Below, piece by piece: positions 14,813 to 29,500 of a DNA stretch of 64,000 bases. The DNA is from Chrysomallon squamiferum (Eukaryota; Animalia; Mollusca). A model generated the notes under the pieces. The model had not been told where the DNA came from. It saw only the letters and a list, made by a program, of their open reading frames with translations, and ran no database searches. The stretch spans positions 1,674,001 through 1,738,000 of the forward strand of contig CM022667.1 in assembly GCA_012295275.1 (NCBI GenBank). The letters are read 5' to 3'. Every line of letters starts with the position of its first letter. Position 1 is the stretch's first letter. Both the position numbers and the translations under genes were made by a program.

Positions 14813-17314
14813 TACTACTACTACTACTACTACTGCTACTACTATTATTATTAATTTTCTTCTTTTTTTAAATACTCACTTTATCTTTAAGGCCTAAATA
14901 TATTTTTAAATTAACAAATTGGATATTTTTTAGACATAGCTTTTAATATCTATGAAATTAAAGCTGCCACATTTATTATTATTTATTTGTTTTTTAAATA
15001 CTTTTGATATGATAGTTCTGATTTTTTTTTTTTTTTTAATAATAATAATAATTATTAAGTAAATAAACTGTTATATTATGAAACAAATAAATCTGATAAA
15101 AAAACAAAAACAAAAACAAAAATAATTATAATTTATAAAATATTTCAGTGAGCAGGGAGAGAAAGAAACTCCTGTTATTATTCACCGAGCCATTCTGGGA
15201 TCTGTTGAAAGATTTGTTGCCATTTTATGTGAAAATTTTGCTGGAAAATGGTAAGAAGAGTTTATTTTTTGTTCTTGTTGGGGTTTTTTTAAATAATAAA
15301 ATTATGAAAATGTACTTTACTTGGCAGTTGATGAATAAAATTCTGTTTAATTTTTTTATTAAAAAGTTATTAAATAGTTGTATAAGATTTTTGCATTTAA
15401 AACTGAATAATGTTAGTAACATCTGATTATAACAGATTCATTATTTTTATTATTGTTATTTATCGAATATTAATAGTTGTATTAGTTTTTGCATTTAAAA
15501 CTGAATAATGTTAGTAATATCATATTTTCTAAACTTTTGTGCAAGCAGCAATGCAAGTATTTCATGGACTGTTTTTTTTTTTGAGGGTTGTTGTAAGCTG
15601 ACTAAAAACTGTGTTGAATTTTCAAACAATGAAATTAAGAATTTATAATCCCTTATAATTGTTGTTAATTAAAACTGACATCAAATAATTAAAAAAAACA
15701 TCAAAATGTCTTTCTTATTCAAAGCCCTTAAATATTGAAATGTTTGATGTTATAAGCATGAATGCTAAAGAATGAGAAAAGATTTAGAATTCTTGTTACA
15801 AAAGTAAATACAGTTTTTGTTAATATACACTGACATGTAGCTGCTGTTAATAAAAATTGAAATGATAAAGCTGATGTTATTAATTTAATTTTGTTTTCAG
15901 GCCTTTCTGGATGTCTCCCCGACAGTCCTGTGTTATACCTGTTGCCCCTGCATTTGACAAATATGCAGAGGAGGTGAGCTTTTAAATATTACAAAAAGAA
16001 TATTTGTTTTCAGTTTTACGTTAACTAGTTACCTTTAGCCAACAAAATAAAATAAACTAATTTAACAAAACTGCCAGATCGAGCAAACATAAGTAGAAAA
16101 TGTTATGGTGGCATTTAATTTGTTATATGCATGTGTTTTTGTGTGTGTGTGTGTAATAATACAGAACAAAGGTTTTCGTTTAAGCATTGAAAAATTTGCT
16201 GGTGCTTAAATTAAAAAAGTCTTTGTGAAGTAAAGAAATCTGTATTTTATTTTATTTTATTTCGTTTCGTTTCGTTTTCTCTTCTTTTATTTTAATATAT
16301 TTTATTTTATTTTTATTAATTCATACTTTCATTCATTCATTCATTCATTCATTATTGATATCAATTTTATTTTTGTCAGGTTCGTAAGAAAATATGTGAT
16401 GCTGGTTTTGTGTGTGACACTGAACTCGACACTGGTACCACTCTAAACAAGAAAGTTCGAAACGCACAGCTTGCATACTACAACTTCATCTTTGGTGAGT
16501 TTACAAAGATATGTTAATTGAAACTAATGTTAACCTTTCAATGAGTGACCGATTTGCTAAAAATAGTCCACCGATTTTCTCAGAATTTTTAATCGTACTT
16601 GTAATATTTTATAACTTGCGCTTTTGTTTTTGAATAATTAAATACCTGAAAGTGTGAGTTAAAAAAAAAAAAATCTTTATATGGAAGAAAGTCATATATT
16701 TCCATTTTATATTTACAAATTCTGAATGCTGAAACTTCATTTCAGGGTTAGATTAAAATTTTATTCATTTAATTATTTTTTCTGAAAAATTTAATATCAG
16801 ATAAGCCAGTAAAGAAAAATGTTTACATGGAACAGAGTCTATGTGTGTGAAAAAATATATCACTTTTCAAAAAACAGTTGTTTCATTTTTACAAATTAAA
16901 TTCTCTGAATAATCTAAAAATGTTGAAAAAAGATTGCCCCTTTTTATATGGATGAAGCTTATAAAATAATTCCATTTAATATTTGAAAGAAATCGTGAAT
17001 ATTGCTTACTACTGTAACTTCCAAAAAACATTGTTTGGAAATAATTTATATCTAACAATATAATATGTGAAAAAGTCACATGTGTGTATTCACAACTCTG
17101 GAGAAATGTTCAGTAGTTGCTAAACTGTAATTGATTTTATTTTTTTTTAAATGTTTTATTTTCAGTTGTCGGGGAGAAAGAGGTAGCTAGCAAGACTGCA
17201 AATGTCCGAACACGGGACAACAAAGTTCACGGAGAGCACAGCATCGATCACATCATCAGCAGATTTTCTAAATTCACAGAAACAAGATGTCTGGACGCTG
17301 AGGAAACCTTTTAA
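3669..17314 (+). CDS. TARS1: Threonine--tRNA ligase, eukaryotic cytosolic type (TGS, editing, class II catalytic and anticodon-binding domains), 19 exons
   Basis: Phase-consistent exons: 3669-3719 (GC donor, least certain), 7084-7271, 7635-7750, 8267-8396, 8815-8932, 9336-9400, 9901-9979, 10521-10667, 11161-11259, 11613-11708, 12291-12361, 12831-12993, 13594-13731, 14189-14266, 14551-14651, 15149-15250, 15901-15973, 16380-16494, 17166-17314 (TAA). Diagnostic peptides: [97 protein letters not shown]. Confidence 0.96.
10300..10390. repeat. Short tandem duplication (~42-43 bp unit, 2 copies) in a TARS intron
   Basis: agatgtagactctgttgaacaaaatacaaa occurs twice in succession. Confidence 0.8.
14690..14853. 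repeat. (ATT)n/(ACT)n microsatellite
   Basis: Direct inspection. Confidence 0.9.
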
Positions 17315-18864
17315 AAAAAAAAAAAAAAAAAAAAAAATACAACAGCAGCAGCAAAAGCAGAATTGAATTAACGAATGAAACAAACTGTTTACTTTCATTA
17401 TCATAATTTGATGCATTTTGGAAATGTTTCTGTAAAACTATAAAATGAAATTTAATTTTTAGTTCAGGTTATTATCAACTGCATTAAAATGACAAACAGA
17501 CTTTTTTTTTTATAATATGAAAATGTTAATCAGTTGAGACTTAATGTCCCATAATACAAGTAATTTATGGGTGTGTGGTATATACTGTTCAGTGTTAAAA
17601 TAAAATTTGAATATATAAAGAATAATAATAAGCAGCTTCAGAAATGAGGCTGCCTTTTTAATATTTATATGCAGTATAAAAATAATTAAGCTGAATTAAA
17701 ATAAATGGGACTTCTTTTTTTTTTTTTTTTTTTAAAGCAACATTATAAGATGAATAAAAATTGAAAAAAAAGTATTGATGTTATACATTATTTAAATTTT
17801 AATGGTAAGTTTCACATGAATAATTTATTTATTTAATATTTTGAAACATCCCTCTACATAATTTTTGTTTTTCATTGTATTTGAGTACTTAAATATTATA
17901 ATTTTTCTTTCTTGAACTAAAAATGTTTAAGCTTACAAGAAATATTTCAAAATAGTAACATTTTGCATTTATTTTACTTAAATAAAAAATAGTAGAAATA
18001 GAAATAAATAACAAAATTGGTTTGGTTTGCACAGTTCGCTTACAATTGCCAAGAAATACTTAAATGCTTCTTTTTTCTGACATTTTTTTTTTTTTTTTTT
18101 TAATATGCTCGTAATAGTAGTAGTAGTATTGATTTTCTTCTCAAAGACAGACAATACTTATTTATTACTCTCACTTATACAATCATTAAAATGATTTGGC
18201 TTGAATTTACTGTTGGACTTCGTATGGATTCAATATTTAACATTTCTGTGTAACGCACAAATTCAGAAATTTGAAACATTGTGTAAGTTCAGCTTTTCAC
18301 TGGTTAAAATCGTGTTGTCTAAAAAATTTTAAAATTTTATTAATTCTGTAAATGTAGTAATAACATTTTTGTTGTGTTTAGTATTTATGTTACTGTTATC
18401 CAAATTTATGTGTACTTATTCGTCAATAAAATAATTGAAAAAAAATAATTATTTATTGTTTTAAATAGTGTTTGTCCAAGTTTCTTATTACTGATATGTT
18501 TAATGTCATTTCAATTTTTTTTTCTAAGTTACTTGGCATGAAGGTCGCAATTTATAAAAAGTTTAAAATATATCTTATCAACTCCTTTGTTTGGTACACA
18601 TATTACAAGATGGCCTCTATTCAAATGCTAGATTTTCGTTTTGAAGATATTTTGGATTAGAATGAGAAGTCACTGGCATCTTTCTGTCTGCCTATAAAAT
18701 TAAAAACTTTGATAAAAGTGAATAATTTATTGAAATTTATTTACTTTCAGTATTATGGAAAATATGTTCGAAATTATTAAAATTAATGATAGCTTCAAAT
18801 AAAAAATATTAATTTTTTTAATTTTTTTTTTTTTTTTTTTAAAGAAAGAAAGAAAACAAATCAT

Positions 18865-19063
18865 AACATGACGTGTAATGGTCTGATTTGATGAGTACTC
18901 TCTAGTGTGGGGGGACGGGGGGAGGGAGTTGTCTGTAATCGGAATACGAGAGTAAAGCGCGATTACTCAGTCTGCTGAAAATATTTGTGTAAAGTACTGA
19001 TCCCTAGATAGAGCTGTGTCGCTCATCGGAAGTGTGCAGTTTATTTATAACAAACTTACAAAG
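18865..19063 (+). promoter_or_regulatory. Probable DHRS1 promoter and non-coding first exon
   Basis: TGACGT CRE half-site, G-rich GC-box-like tract (~18909-18928), ETS-like CGGAAGT (~19027), and a possible GC donor AAG|GCAAGC after 19063. The DHRS1 ATG directly follows an acceptor (cag|ATG at 20259), so an upstream exon is expected. Confidence 0.5.
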
Positions 19064-19302
19064 GCAAGCATTTTTCGATTTATTCATTAAATTATGGTTC
19101 TTTGTCTTCACAAGGCTTATTTCAACTTCTTCATAATATCTTTCTTATTTAATCCGTTGTTAAATTTATCGATAAACTAAAACTTTTCTGCCGTCATCAT
19201 TAAAGATTATGAATAATCATAATGGATATGATATGTCTGAGCTATTCATTTTATTATAAATACTTCTACTGAAAAGTGCACTGTATTTAAAGTATTGCAT
19301 TT

Positions 19303-19334
<32 letters not shown>

Positions 19335-19932
19335 TAATCCTTCTTTAGGCAAATAAATAAACGTAAACAAAAATGGCTACTAAATACTATAGTATACTGC
19401 ATTTGATGTAATTATTGCTTATTTGTACGAAGCCGTAACTTTGGTAGAGTAGACGAACATAATTGCTTAGCAGAAAATTGACAGCTATAATAAATACCAG
19501 ACAATAAAATAACTTTTTTCTGTTATAAAATTAATAATTAAATTTAATAATAATAAGTGATGATATAAAAAAAAAAAAATATTGATAAAATTGTAGAAAA
19601 ACGTTTTAAATAACGATTTCATGTTATTGAGATACATATATAAATTATAACTTATATAAGAAACAAATATCAAAAACTGGTTGAACAATAGGATTTATCT
19701 GATGTGTCAGTAGAAATACAAATAATAAAATGTGCTAACAGGCATTTCGACGACTCCGACGGTAATAGCAATTATACGAAATCGGCCAAGGTAGTAAACC
19801 GGAAACGTCTCGAAGTCCGTCGATGTATTCCGAAACGAAACGAAAACACAAACGTGACCCTGTTTGGCTTTGATCGCTACAATGATGTAACATAATGATT
19901 ACACAACACGACACTGAAACGTCATATCGAAT

Positions 19933-19977
<45 letters not shown>

Positions 19978-20258
19978 GCAAGAAAAAAGAAATGAGATTC
20001 ACATCACAGTTATTAAAGGTATAACCAGAGTTTAAAAAAAAAAATTAATAACTTAATAAGTTTTCTGAGATACATTTGAATATTGTATTAATTATACGAG
20101 GAAAACTACCATTATTATTATAATTATAATTATAATTATTATCATTATCATCATCGTCGTCGTCATTGTCATCATAAATAATATTATTTTGTTATCGTTA
20201 TCATTGTTTATTATTATTGTTATTATTATGATTATTATTATTATTATTATTATTACAG

Positions 20259-20804
20259 ATGAAGACACTTGCTGATAAAGTTTGTCTTGTAACTGGAGCT
20301 ACTCGTGGTATAGGTCGAGGTATTGCAGTTCAGCTGGGAGAAGCAGGGGCTACAGTTTACATCACAGGTACAGTTCTTATCACCTTATTCATTTATTTAA
20401 CTGACCAATGTCTTTTGTACAAGCTCAGAGTTAAAAGATCTTCTCTTCAGTTAACTTAATGTTATGAACCTTTCGATGTTTTTTTAAAACTTTTATTTGG
20501 TATTTTGAAGTAAACTGGATAACTACCACAGAATGTATTTTAAAAAGAACCTTACTTTCTAGAAGAGCAAAATTTTGGAATTTATTGTATAATATCAAAA
20601 ATGTTTTCAAATTTTGCCACATCATGGCATATTTTATTATTTAATTTCTGGTAAAATATTATAAGTCATTTAAAAACAGAAATTGCTTACATATTATAGT
20701 AATAAATATATAAATAAAATTGACGAAATAATAAATAAATAAATAAAATTAGTGTAATAATAAATAAATAAATAAATAAATAAAAAATTAGTATAATGAA
20801 ATAA

Positions 20805-20839
<35 letters not shown>

Positions 20840-21361
20840 AATTAGTGTAATAATAAATAAATAAATAAATGAAAAAGTAAATTAAAAAATAAATAAAATT
20901 AATGAAATAATAAATAAATAAATAAATAAAATTAGCGAAATAAATAAATAAAATTAGTGTAATAATAAATAAATTAATGAATGAATGAAAGTATGAATTA
21001 ATAAATAAATAAATAAAATTAATGAAATAATAAATAAATAAATAAAATGAGCGAAATCATAAATAAATAAAATTAATGAAATAATAAATAAATAAATGAT
21101 CATACTCTTTATAAAAGTTCAGACATAACTTGCTGTGAAAATAGGTTTTTAATGAATGGTTGTTAAAGGGTGAAAATGTGGAGACCTGCCTAAGATCCTT
21201 ATCACAAAATGGCCCTTATGTAACAGAGAGACCAAACACATTTTCTTTAATAAACTTTATTTTATATGTTTATAATAACTATATTTGTTGTATATTGTAT
21301 ATCATTACATGTACACACTTAAATGTAAACACATACACACGCATGCACGTACGCACACATG

Positions 21362-21392
<31 letters not shown>

Positions 21393-24300
21393 TTTAATAT
21401 TTATACATAATTAACTAATTTTGTAGGTCGTACTCTGACTGTTCCACCTGATGATCCAATAGGAGGTAGTCTTACAGACACAGCCAACGAAGTAGGTGAA
21501 CTTTATTAATATATATATATATATATATATCACAAGTAGTTTGTGTCATTTAACATGTAGTTTAACTTTAATACTTTCAGATCTATATTACAAAGTATTT
21601 TATATGTAATTCAATATGTACATTAACTTTAGTATTTTTCTGATATATATTACAAAGTATTTTTTATGTAATTCAATATGTACATTAACTTTAATATTTT
21701 TCAAATACATATTACAAAGTATTTTATATGTAATTTAATATGCAGATTAACTTTAATATTTTCAAACAAATATTACAAAGTATTTTTTGTGTAATTTAAT
21801 AACTAGATTAACATTAACATTTTCAGATCTGTATTACAAAGTATTATTTATGTAATTTAATATGTAGATTAACTCTAATATTTTCAAATATATATCACAC
21901 AGTATTTTATCAGGAAGTTAAGATTATATAACCAGGCCTTGACCTCCATAATATTCAGACAGTAATGATGATAGTTCTCAGATAACAGTAAAATTAGATA
22001 TTTTCAATACAAACATTTTATTAGACAATTTAGCTATATGATTTTTTTTAATTATAATTTAATTTACCAAAACTAGCTGGGGTAACAATTGGAATGTATG
22101 CTGTATAAAACAGTATTTGTTGTATTATTCATGGTCAATTATTATAATTTATAATAAACAGTAAAATATGATTAAAAAAGAATGTTATTAAATTTATTCT
22201 TCATTTCCAATTAATATTTATACTGATAAAAAAAAAAAAAAATAGTATTGTAGAATTGTTTTTATAATGCTTAGAATATTTATTATGTTGTTTCTGATCA
22301 GTAGTTATAATTTATAATGAAAAAAATATGAGGTGAAACATGTTAATAATTAATTTTCATTACTAATTAATCTTTGTAACCGATTAAAAAATAATAACGA
22401 AAAAACAAATTCTGTGTGTTTTTATGTAGATAAAACATTTGTTATATAATTTATTAGTTGTTGTTATGATTTATAATGATAGACAGAAAAAGGTGGTGAA
22501 AAGTGTTATTACATTAATTTTTCATTAGTAATTAATATACAAAATAAAAAAAAAATATAAAAATAAAAATAAAATAAAAACAATAGAATTGTTGTAAAGT
22601 TCTTGTTTTTTAAATTATTTTTATTATTAACATTTATTATTCATTCTGATGACTAGAAAAATGATGTAGGAATTTTTATTTTATTTTAACATAAAATATT
22701 TTATCATATATGATTAATAATCATGTTTATACTGACAGACAGACTGTTTATTACTGGTGATTATTTGTTGTGACAGATAGAAAAGCGAGGGGAAGGTGTA
22801 TCCCTGTGCAATGTGATCACAGCAACGATGATGAAGTTAAGAAAGTTTTTGATCGAATCAGCACTGAGCAAGATGGAAAGCTTGATGTTCTTGTCAACAA
22901 CGCTTATGCTGGAGTTTCAGTAAGACGCTGTATCGTTTTTAACTTCAGTAGCATTTTAGAAATATTTAAAAAAAAATTGTACAAAAACACTTTATTGATT
23001 GTGCTCTTTGTTCAAAATTTTTATAATGTATAAATTGCTGACTTCCGTTTTTAAGCTAATTTTTTATTTTTTGTATATATATGTCTTCTTTATTTATTTA
23101 TTTATTTATATCATTATCCTTGAAATTATAAGAATAATGATAATGTTAGGGCCAAATTCCCGATTCATAATACTTCAAGCTGCTGTTCATTTTCTTCAGT
23201 GTGGCAGGAAATTTTTCTCTTTCAGACTAGTATTAGTAATTTATATAACTGATACCAGTTAATTGTTAATTTAAAAATCTGTTTGATGGTTAAACACAGT
23301 TATGTAATAATTTTTGACATATCTGGAATGAAAACATTTCTTGAGCAGCATAATTATGACAGTTAACTAATAATTTCATGCATTGTTTGTTATCTTATGG
23401 GATGGTCTAAAGTTTCATTTGCAGAGTTGATTAGTTGATATTACAAGCAAAAATCCCAAATATGCAGTATTCAGTACTGAAATTGCAAGAGTATTTTTTT
23501 GTGTAGAAAATACTACATGTTAAGATTTCAGCATCTAAATTACTAAATATATAATAGAAATATACTGTCAAGTATTGGAATATTTTCAATTGATAATATC
23601 CATATTTTATTTCTGTAAAAATATTTAATTACCGATATGGGATTTATTATTTAAATTTTTTATTGTATCTTTGTTTTTGTTTGTTTATTTTATTTTATTA
23701 TTTTTCTTTCAGGCAATAGCTGATCAGTACAAGGTTCCATTCTGGGAGCAGCCAATTAACATGTGGGACATAATCAACAATGTAGGACTAAGGTAAATGA
23801 AATCAGAGAATAATGTATGAAATCTGTCTTGGTCTCACATGATTGAAATTTACACATAAAAGTTCATAATATACATAGATTGGCTGCCACTGATGGTATT
23901 TGTATTATAAACTCTGTTAACAAATTCACAATATAATTCTCTATATAATCCTCTTAAGTGCAGAAAACACTTATACACAACTTTTAATATATGAACCAAA
24001 AATACATGCATTATATGTCTGTTTTGTAATTTAACTTACTACTATAATCTAGAGACACATCTTGTCAAGCATAACCCCATAGATACATAAATAATAACAA
24101 TTCTAACACTCATATTTAATACAGGCTCTCAGAACATATGTATTATCTATCTGGGTTTTTGTTTTAATAGAGTTACTAGTATTAAATAGACACACATCCT
24201 CATAATATTATATATCACATATTGTATACTGTCATATATCATATTTGTATCAGATATCACATCACACATATTGTGTCCATGTATTATGTATATCATATTT

Positions 24301-26382
24301 TTACTATCATATTATAACACACACATACTTTTTTTCACAGAAACAGTTATCTGTGTGCAGTACATGCATCCAAGATGATGGTTGAACGTAAACAAGGTTT
24401 AATTGTAAACATTTCGTCTGCTGGTGGCCTGACCTACATGTTCAATGTGCCGTACGGCATTGGAAAAGAAGCAGCAAGTTTTATCTAATTTTAATTTTTT
24501 TTTTTTATATAAAAGTAAATTAAAAAGTCCATAGAAAAATGGCCATTTTAGTTCAGTTGTATAACAAGTTATATTTAATTTACAGTCTTAAAGAAGGTAC
24601 GTGAATTAAGAAATAAAAGAGAAAAAGGGACTAATATGTGTTGTTTATATGTATGTGTGTGTATGTGTGTTTGTATGAGTGAGTTAATTAGTGACTTACC
24701 CATCTACATCTACTTATTGAAAATCAGCTGAATTATGTATAGTAGTCACTGTTCTAACCGAACTCAGATAGCTTCATCAGACTTGAAGGAATCTGATGTA
24801 TACATTTTTGACCAGTAAATTCTAAGTCTGTTGAACTTTGGTCCATCAAATTGAGGGTTTACTGTACATAATTACGTTAGAACTGACTAAATAAATTGCT
24901 TTATTTAATACAGACTGACTGAACGGCAGTGAACTGACTAAATAAATTGTTTTATTTTGTACAGACTGACAGAAAGGCAGTGAACTGACTAAATAAATTG
25001 TTTTATTTTGTACAGACTGTCAGAAAACCAAAATAAATTGTTTTATTTTGTACAGACTGACAGAAAGGCAGTGAACTGACTAAATAAATTGTTTTATTTT
25101 GTACAGACTGACAGAATGGCAGTCGACTGTGCTATTGAACTTAAAGAACACAATGTGGCTTTCGTCAGCTTGTGGCCAGGTCCTGTGAAAACTGAGAAAC
25201 TCGTCCACAATTTCAAAATTAACAAATACGGGGACACCAAGGAAGTTGTAAGCCGATGTCTGAATTACTCTGTGTATTTTACATTAGAGATTTTTTTTTT
25301 TGTCTAGTTTATTTAATCTTTATATTTTTTAAATATTAAGGTCAGTCTGTTTTAGTTTTGAAATCACATTGTAATAATATTTTTGTTATTTTTTTTCTTT
25401 GTCATTTATACAAATTAAAATGTAAGTTAATAACCATCATGTCTAGAAAGTCAGAGCTAGTAATATTTGGTTCAGTTAAAATTTATAATATCTGTGTGTA
25501 TTATATATATATATATATTTTTTTTTTTTAAATTCAGGCTCAGATGAAAGGAATGATGGACAAATTTGGTGAATCTACAGAATATGCTGGAAAATGTGTA
25601 GCTAGTCTTGCAAGTGGTAAATACACAAAAGAATTTTACTTGACCATTTTTATTTGTGCTCACATACGAAGACATTCATATGCTTCACTTAATGGAACAT
25701 TTAACTGAATTCCCAGTACATAGATAAAATCTAAATATTGTTTCATTACAGATCCTAACGTAATGAAGAAAACTGGTAGAATTCTGATTGGTGCTGATGT
25801 GGGTGAAGAGTATGGATTGGTCGATATTGATGGTATTTTTATTATAATCTGTGTTAAGATAGTCACACTATAATTCTATATCATTCTTTTCTTTTTTCTA
25901 AATTTTATTTTCAAAGCACATTCACATGTACTTTATTTTTAAACCAAAAAAAAGTGACGTTTTTGAAGCATTTCATGTTCTTTGTAAATGTTACCAAGGA
26001 AAGATGTAAACCTATTTTTATATAGCAGAACCAAAATAAATTTAAAAAATATATTTTCACAAAGAATTAATTTCATTTATTTGTTCTGTCTAAACAGTTG
26101 CACATAATGAGCCTTGTTTCTGAGTATCACTACCATTTTTTTTTTTTTAAATCTATTCCAGTTTCTTTATTATTAAATAATTCTTTTATTTATTTATTTA
26201 TTTATTTATTTTATTCATTTGCAGGACAAAAACCTTTTAACTGCAGAAGCATATCCAACCTGCTCTTTCTGGTGGGCATGGACTGGTGTGCAAAGTTTGT
26301 ACCTGGATTTCTGAAAATACCTCTGTGGGCAATGCCTTTGATTGGAAACAAATTTTTAGCTCCATCGAAACATTCTTTATAA
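20259..26382 (+). CDS. DHRS1: Dehydrogenase/reductase SDR family member 1-like, 9 coding exons
   Basis: Exons 20259-20367, 21427-21491 (or -21495), 22777-22919, 23713-23792, 24341-24473 (GC donor), 25107-25247, 25538-25616, 25752-25832, 26225-26382 (TAA). Motifs: TGATRGIG (Rossmann), LDVLVNNAYAGV (DHRS1-typical), NISS, catalytic YGIGK, VSLWPGPVKTE. Confidence 0.92.
20710..21100. repeat. AT-rich (AAAT)n-based degenerate tandem repeat
   Basis: Recurring aaataaataaaattagtgtaataat / aaattaatgaaataat units. Confidence 0.75.
21555..21910. repeat. Minisatellite, ~59-60 bp unit, ~6 copies, in a DHRS1 intron
   Basis: Recurring tattacaaagtatttt..tgtaatt.aatatgta.attaacttt unit. Confidence 0.85.
24880..25123 (+). 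repeat. Tandem ~51-bp repeat made of the DHRS1 exon-6 splice acceptor and the first exon bases
   Basis: gaactgactaaataaattgttttattttgtacag|actgacagaa.ggcagt is repeated, giving five acag|actg junctions; the last is the functional one. Confidence 0.9.
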
Positions 26383-27492
26383 CATGTGTCACATATTAAT
26401 TATCATATCTTTGTTTGGCATGATGGTACAGTCACCATTTGCCACCATTCCAGACATAATAGTTAATATTCATCACGACTGCTGACATAAAATTAATATT
26501 CATGAGTTTTGGCTTATGTTTGTATTTATGACATATCTGTTCTTGAGAAAAATTAATGTTCGTGAATGGTCAAACCTGTTGTAATTAATTAATATGTAGT
26601 TAGATTAACTGTTCTGATATGTTCATAACTAATTAATATTCATGAATTCTCAGAACTGTTGATAATGGCGACTCTGACATAAGTTTATATTCATGAATTG
26701 TCATATCTAAGATAATTCATAAGTAATTACATTAATATTCACTGTTGTGACTAATTCATAATTGTTAATTAATACTCACAACCTTTTGGGCATGTTAATA
26801 ATGACACCATTAATATTCACAATTGCTTTGACAAAATAATATTGATCAATACTCAAACATTGTCAGTGTTTAATTATGTTAATATTCAGTTTCTGACATT
26901 CATAATTTAATTGGTATTCATCAGTGAAATAATAAGATGTTCATAGATCATTCATGTTCCCATTTTTGTTTTGGTTTTGATCATTTATTATTTATTATTA
27001 TATTATTGTTGTAGAAACTTCGTTTTGAAATATCTGATAAAATGTCAATCTTCAGATTTTAATTTAGCTATTTTTGTAAAGTGAACTTAATCCACTTCAA
27101 TAAATTTGTTTCTGATATTTTATTTTTGTAAAATTTATTTCATTTCATTTATTATTCGTTATTTTATTTTATATTTTTTATTTTAACAACATCATCATTT
27201 ATTTAATTTTTGAAAATGTTACAACTGACCCAAATATGTATGAAATAAGAAATAAATTTCTGGGGTTTTTTTTCAGTTGAAGTATTGTTATCAGTTAAAA
27301 AATTTGAGTTCAGAATTATATATTAATAATAATAAATAGAATAAATTAAAATATTAAAATATCACTGTAGATAATATCTTGAATTATTGTTTTAAATCAC
27401 CCAAGATTTAATCCAGAATATTGAGAAATGATTACTGGTGGATTCTTTAGTGTGCGTATTTGTTGTGATGGTGTGTGCGTGTTTGTGCGTGC

Positions 27493-27542
<50 letters not shown>

Positions 27543-27811
27543 AAAACCACAAAAACACTCAAGCATGCCATCAAATCTCTTTATTTTTGTTCTACTGGCT
27601 GATTATTTAGCGAGACATTTTACATGTGAAATGCGAAGCACTTTAAAGCTAATGAATTCATCAGTAGGTACTAAATACAACTCAATAAAAAATAAAATAG
27701 TATTAATTAACGTTAATTATGCGAAAGAGAATGACGTCATTAATAGATTACTATAATAATAGATCCCTTGCTAGGACTATTTTCAAATAATATCAATGAA
27801 TAAATAAGTAA

Positions 27812-27856
<45 letters not shown>

Positions 27857-28999
27857 TAAATTAAAAATAATATAATAATCATAATAATGACAAAGATGTA
27901 TTTTTAACAAATTTTGAAGCTTTAGTTCTATATTGTTTGTGAAAGGATGTTTTATGAACTGAGATTCAGTTTACAGTGAAATTAGAAATTATATAACAAA
28001 TATGACAAATAGCGACACACATGAATACATTTAGCTACAAATCATTAATACCATTTACAAAAACTTTGGTCATTTTCCATTTTCGTTCTTCCATTGTTAC
28101 ATTAAAGTAACATTTTTTAAATTTAAACTGAAAACGTTTGAGATGAGTAATTCAATTTCAAATATATCACAACCGTAAATAGAAAACAAGCATATATAAA
28201 CTGTCTTGCACATTTTAAAAGTTCTTTAAAAAGTTTTTTTTTCTGTGTAAAAAATTAATACAAAATGGTGGCATGAAATGCAATACTATTAGCTGTCTAA
28301 TATAGAAATAGTTTTATCAAATGTAATTCTTTTATCGTTCACGTATATTTTAAACTAACAAATGTTTTAATATTACAAATTTTTTTACTTCCAGGTATAT
28401 ATTTAAATTAAGTGAAGTTTAGAAATTAAATTACTCAAAAGTAATCTACGTAATAAATAATTTATTTATTTTTGATCTATTTTTTAAAATGTGCAAAATA
28501 ATTTATATATTTTTAATCATTATAAATTGTGTTCAGTATCACAATACGTGAACTTTTGATTTGATTGCATTTTGATATACAAAAAACAAAAAAACAGTGA
28601 CTACACAAAGGAAAGATAATTAAGAATGCATATCGAACAATGATTATGCCCCTTAGTAAAAAAACAAAACAACAACAACAAAAAAAAAAACACACTCTAC
28701 ATTAAAAACATGATTATGTATGAATACGATCAACAGTGAAATATGCATTTTAGGAATGTGGGGAAAGAAATAACAGAAAAATAAAATATATTTTACAAAG
28801 CTTTCAACAAAATATAACGAGAAAAGGTAAGCATCATATGTAACCATTTCAGCCAAATCAAAGCTATATTTCATGAGACTAGTCAGTGAAATTTTAAAAA
28901 CAAAATAAAACAAAGAACCTTGGACGGAAATGTAACTTAAAAACTCGCGATTAAAACTTGTCTTTTGTCTTTATGTGCGCTAAATTCTCTATACGGATT

Positions 29000-29055
<56 letters not shown>

Positions 29056-29226
29056 CATACTTGTGATAGTAGTGGTAAAATATAGATAATAATAACAATA
29101 ATAGGAGTAGTAGTAGTAGTTGTTATAATAGCAGTAACAGCACTACTATTTAATAAACTTACAATAATAATAATAATATAGGAGTAGTAGTAGTAGTTGT
29201 TATAATAGCAGTAATAGCAGTACTAT

Positions 29227-29262
<36 letters not shown>

Positions 29263-29427
29263 TGATAGTAGTAAAATATAGATAATAATAATAATAATAG
29301 GAGGAGTAGTAGTAGTAGTTGTTGTTGTAATAGCAGTAACAGCACTACTATTTAATAAACTTATAATAATAATAATAATATAGGAGTAGTAGTAGTAGTT
29401 GTTATAATAGCAGTAATAGCAGTACTA

Positions 29428-29491
<64 letters not shown>

Positions 29492-29500
29492 GTAATAATA
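29000..29500. repeat. (AAT)n/(AGT)n compound microsatellite with an internal ~200-bp duplication
   Basis: The block aggagtagtagtagtagttgttataatagcagtaa.agca.tacta occurs four times, in two pairs. Confidence 0.8.

Noticed and set aside
26365-26382. DHRS1 C-terminus ...SKHSL as a peroxisomal PTS1
   Set aside because: The terminal tripeptide HSL does not fit the S/A/C-K/R/H-L consensus.
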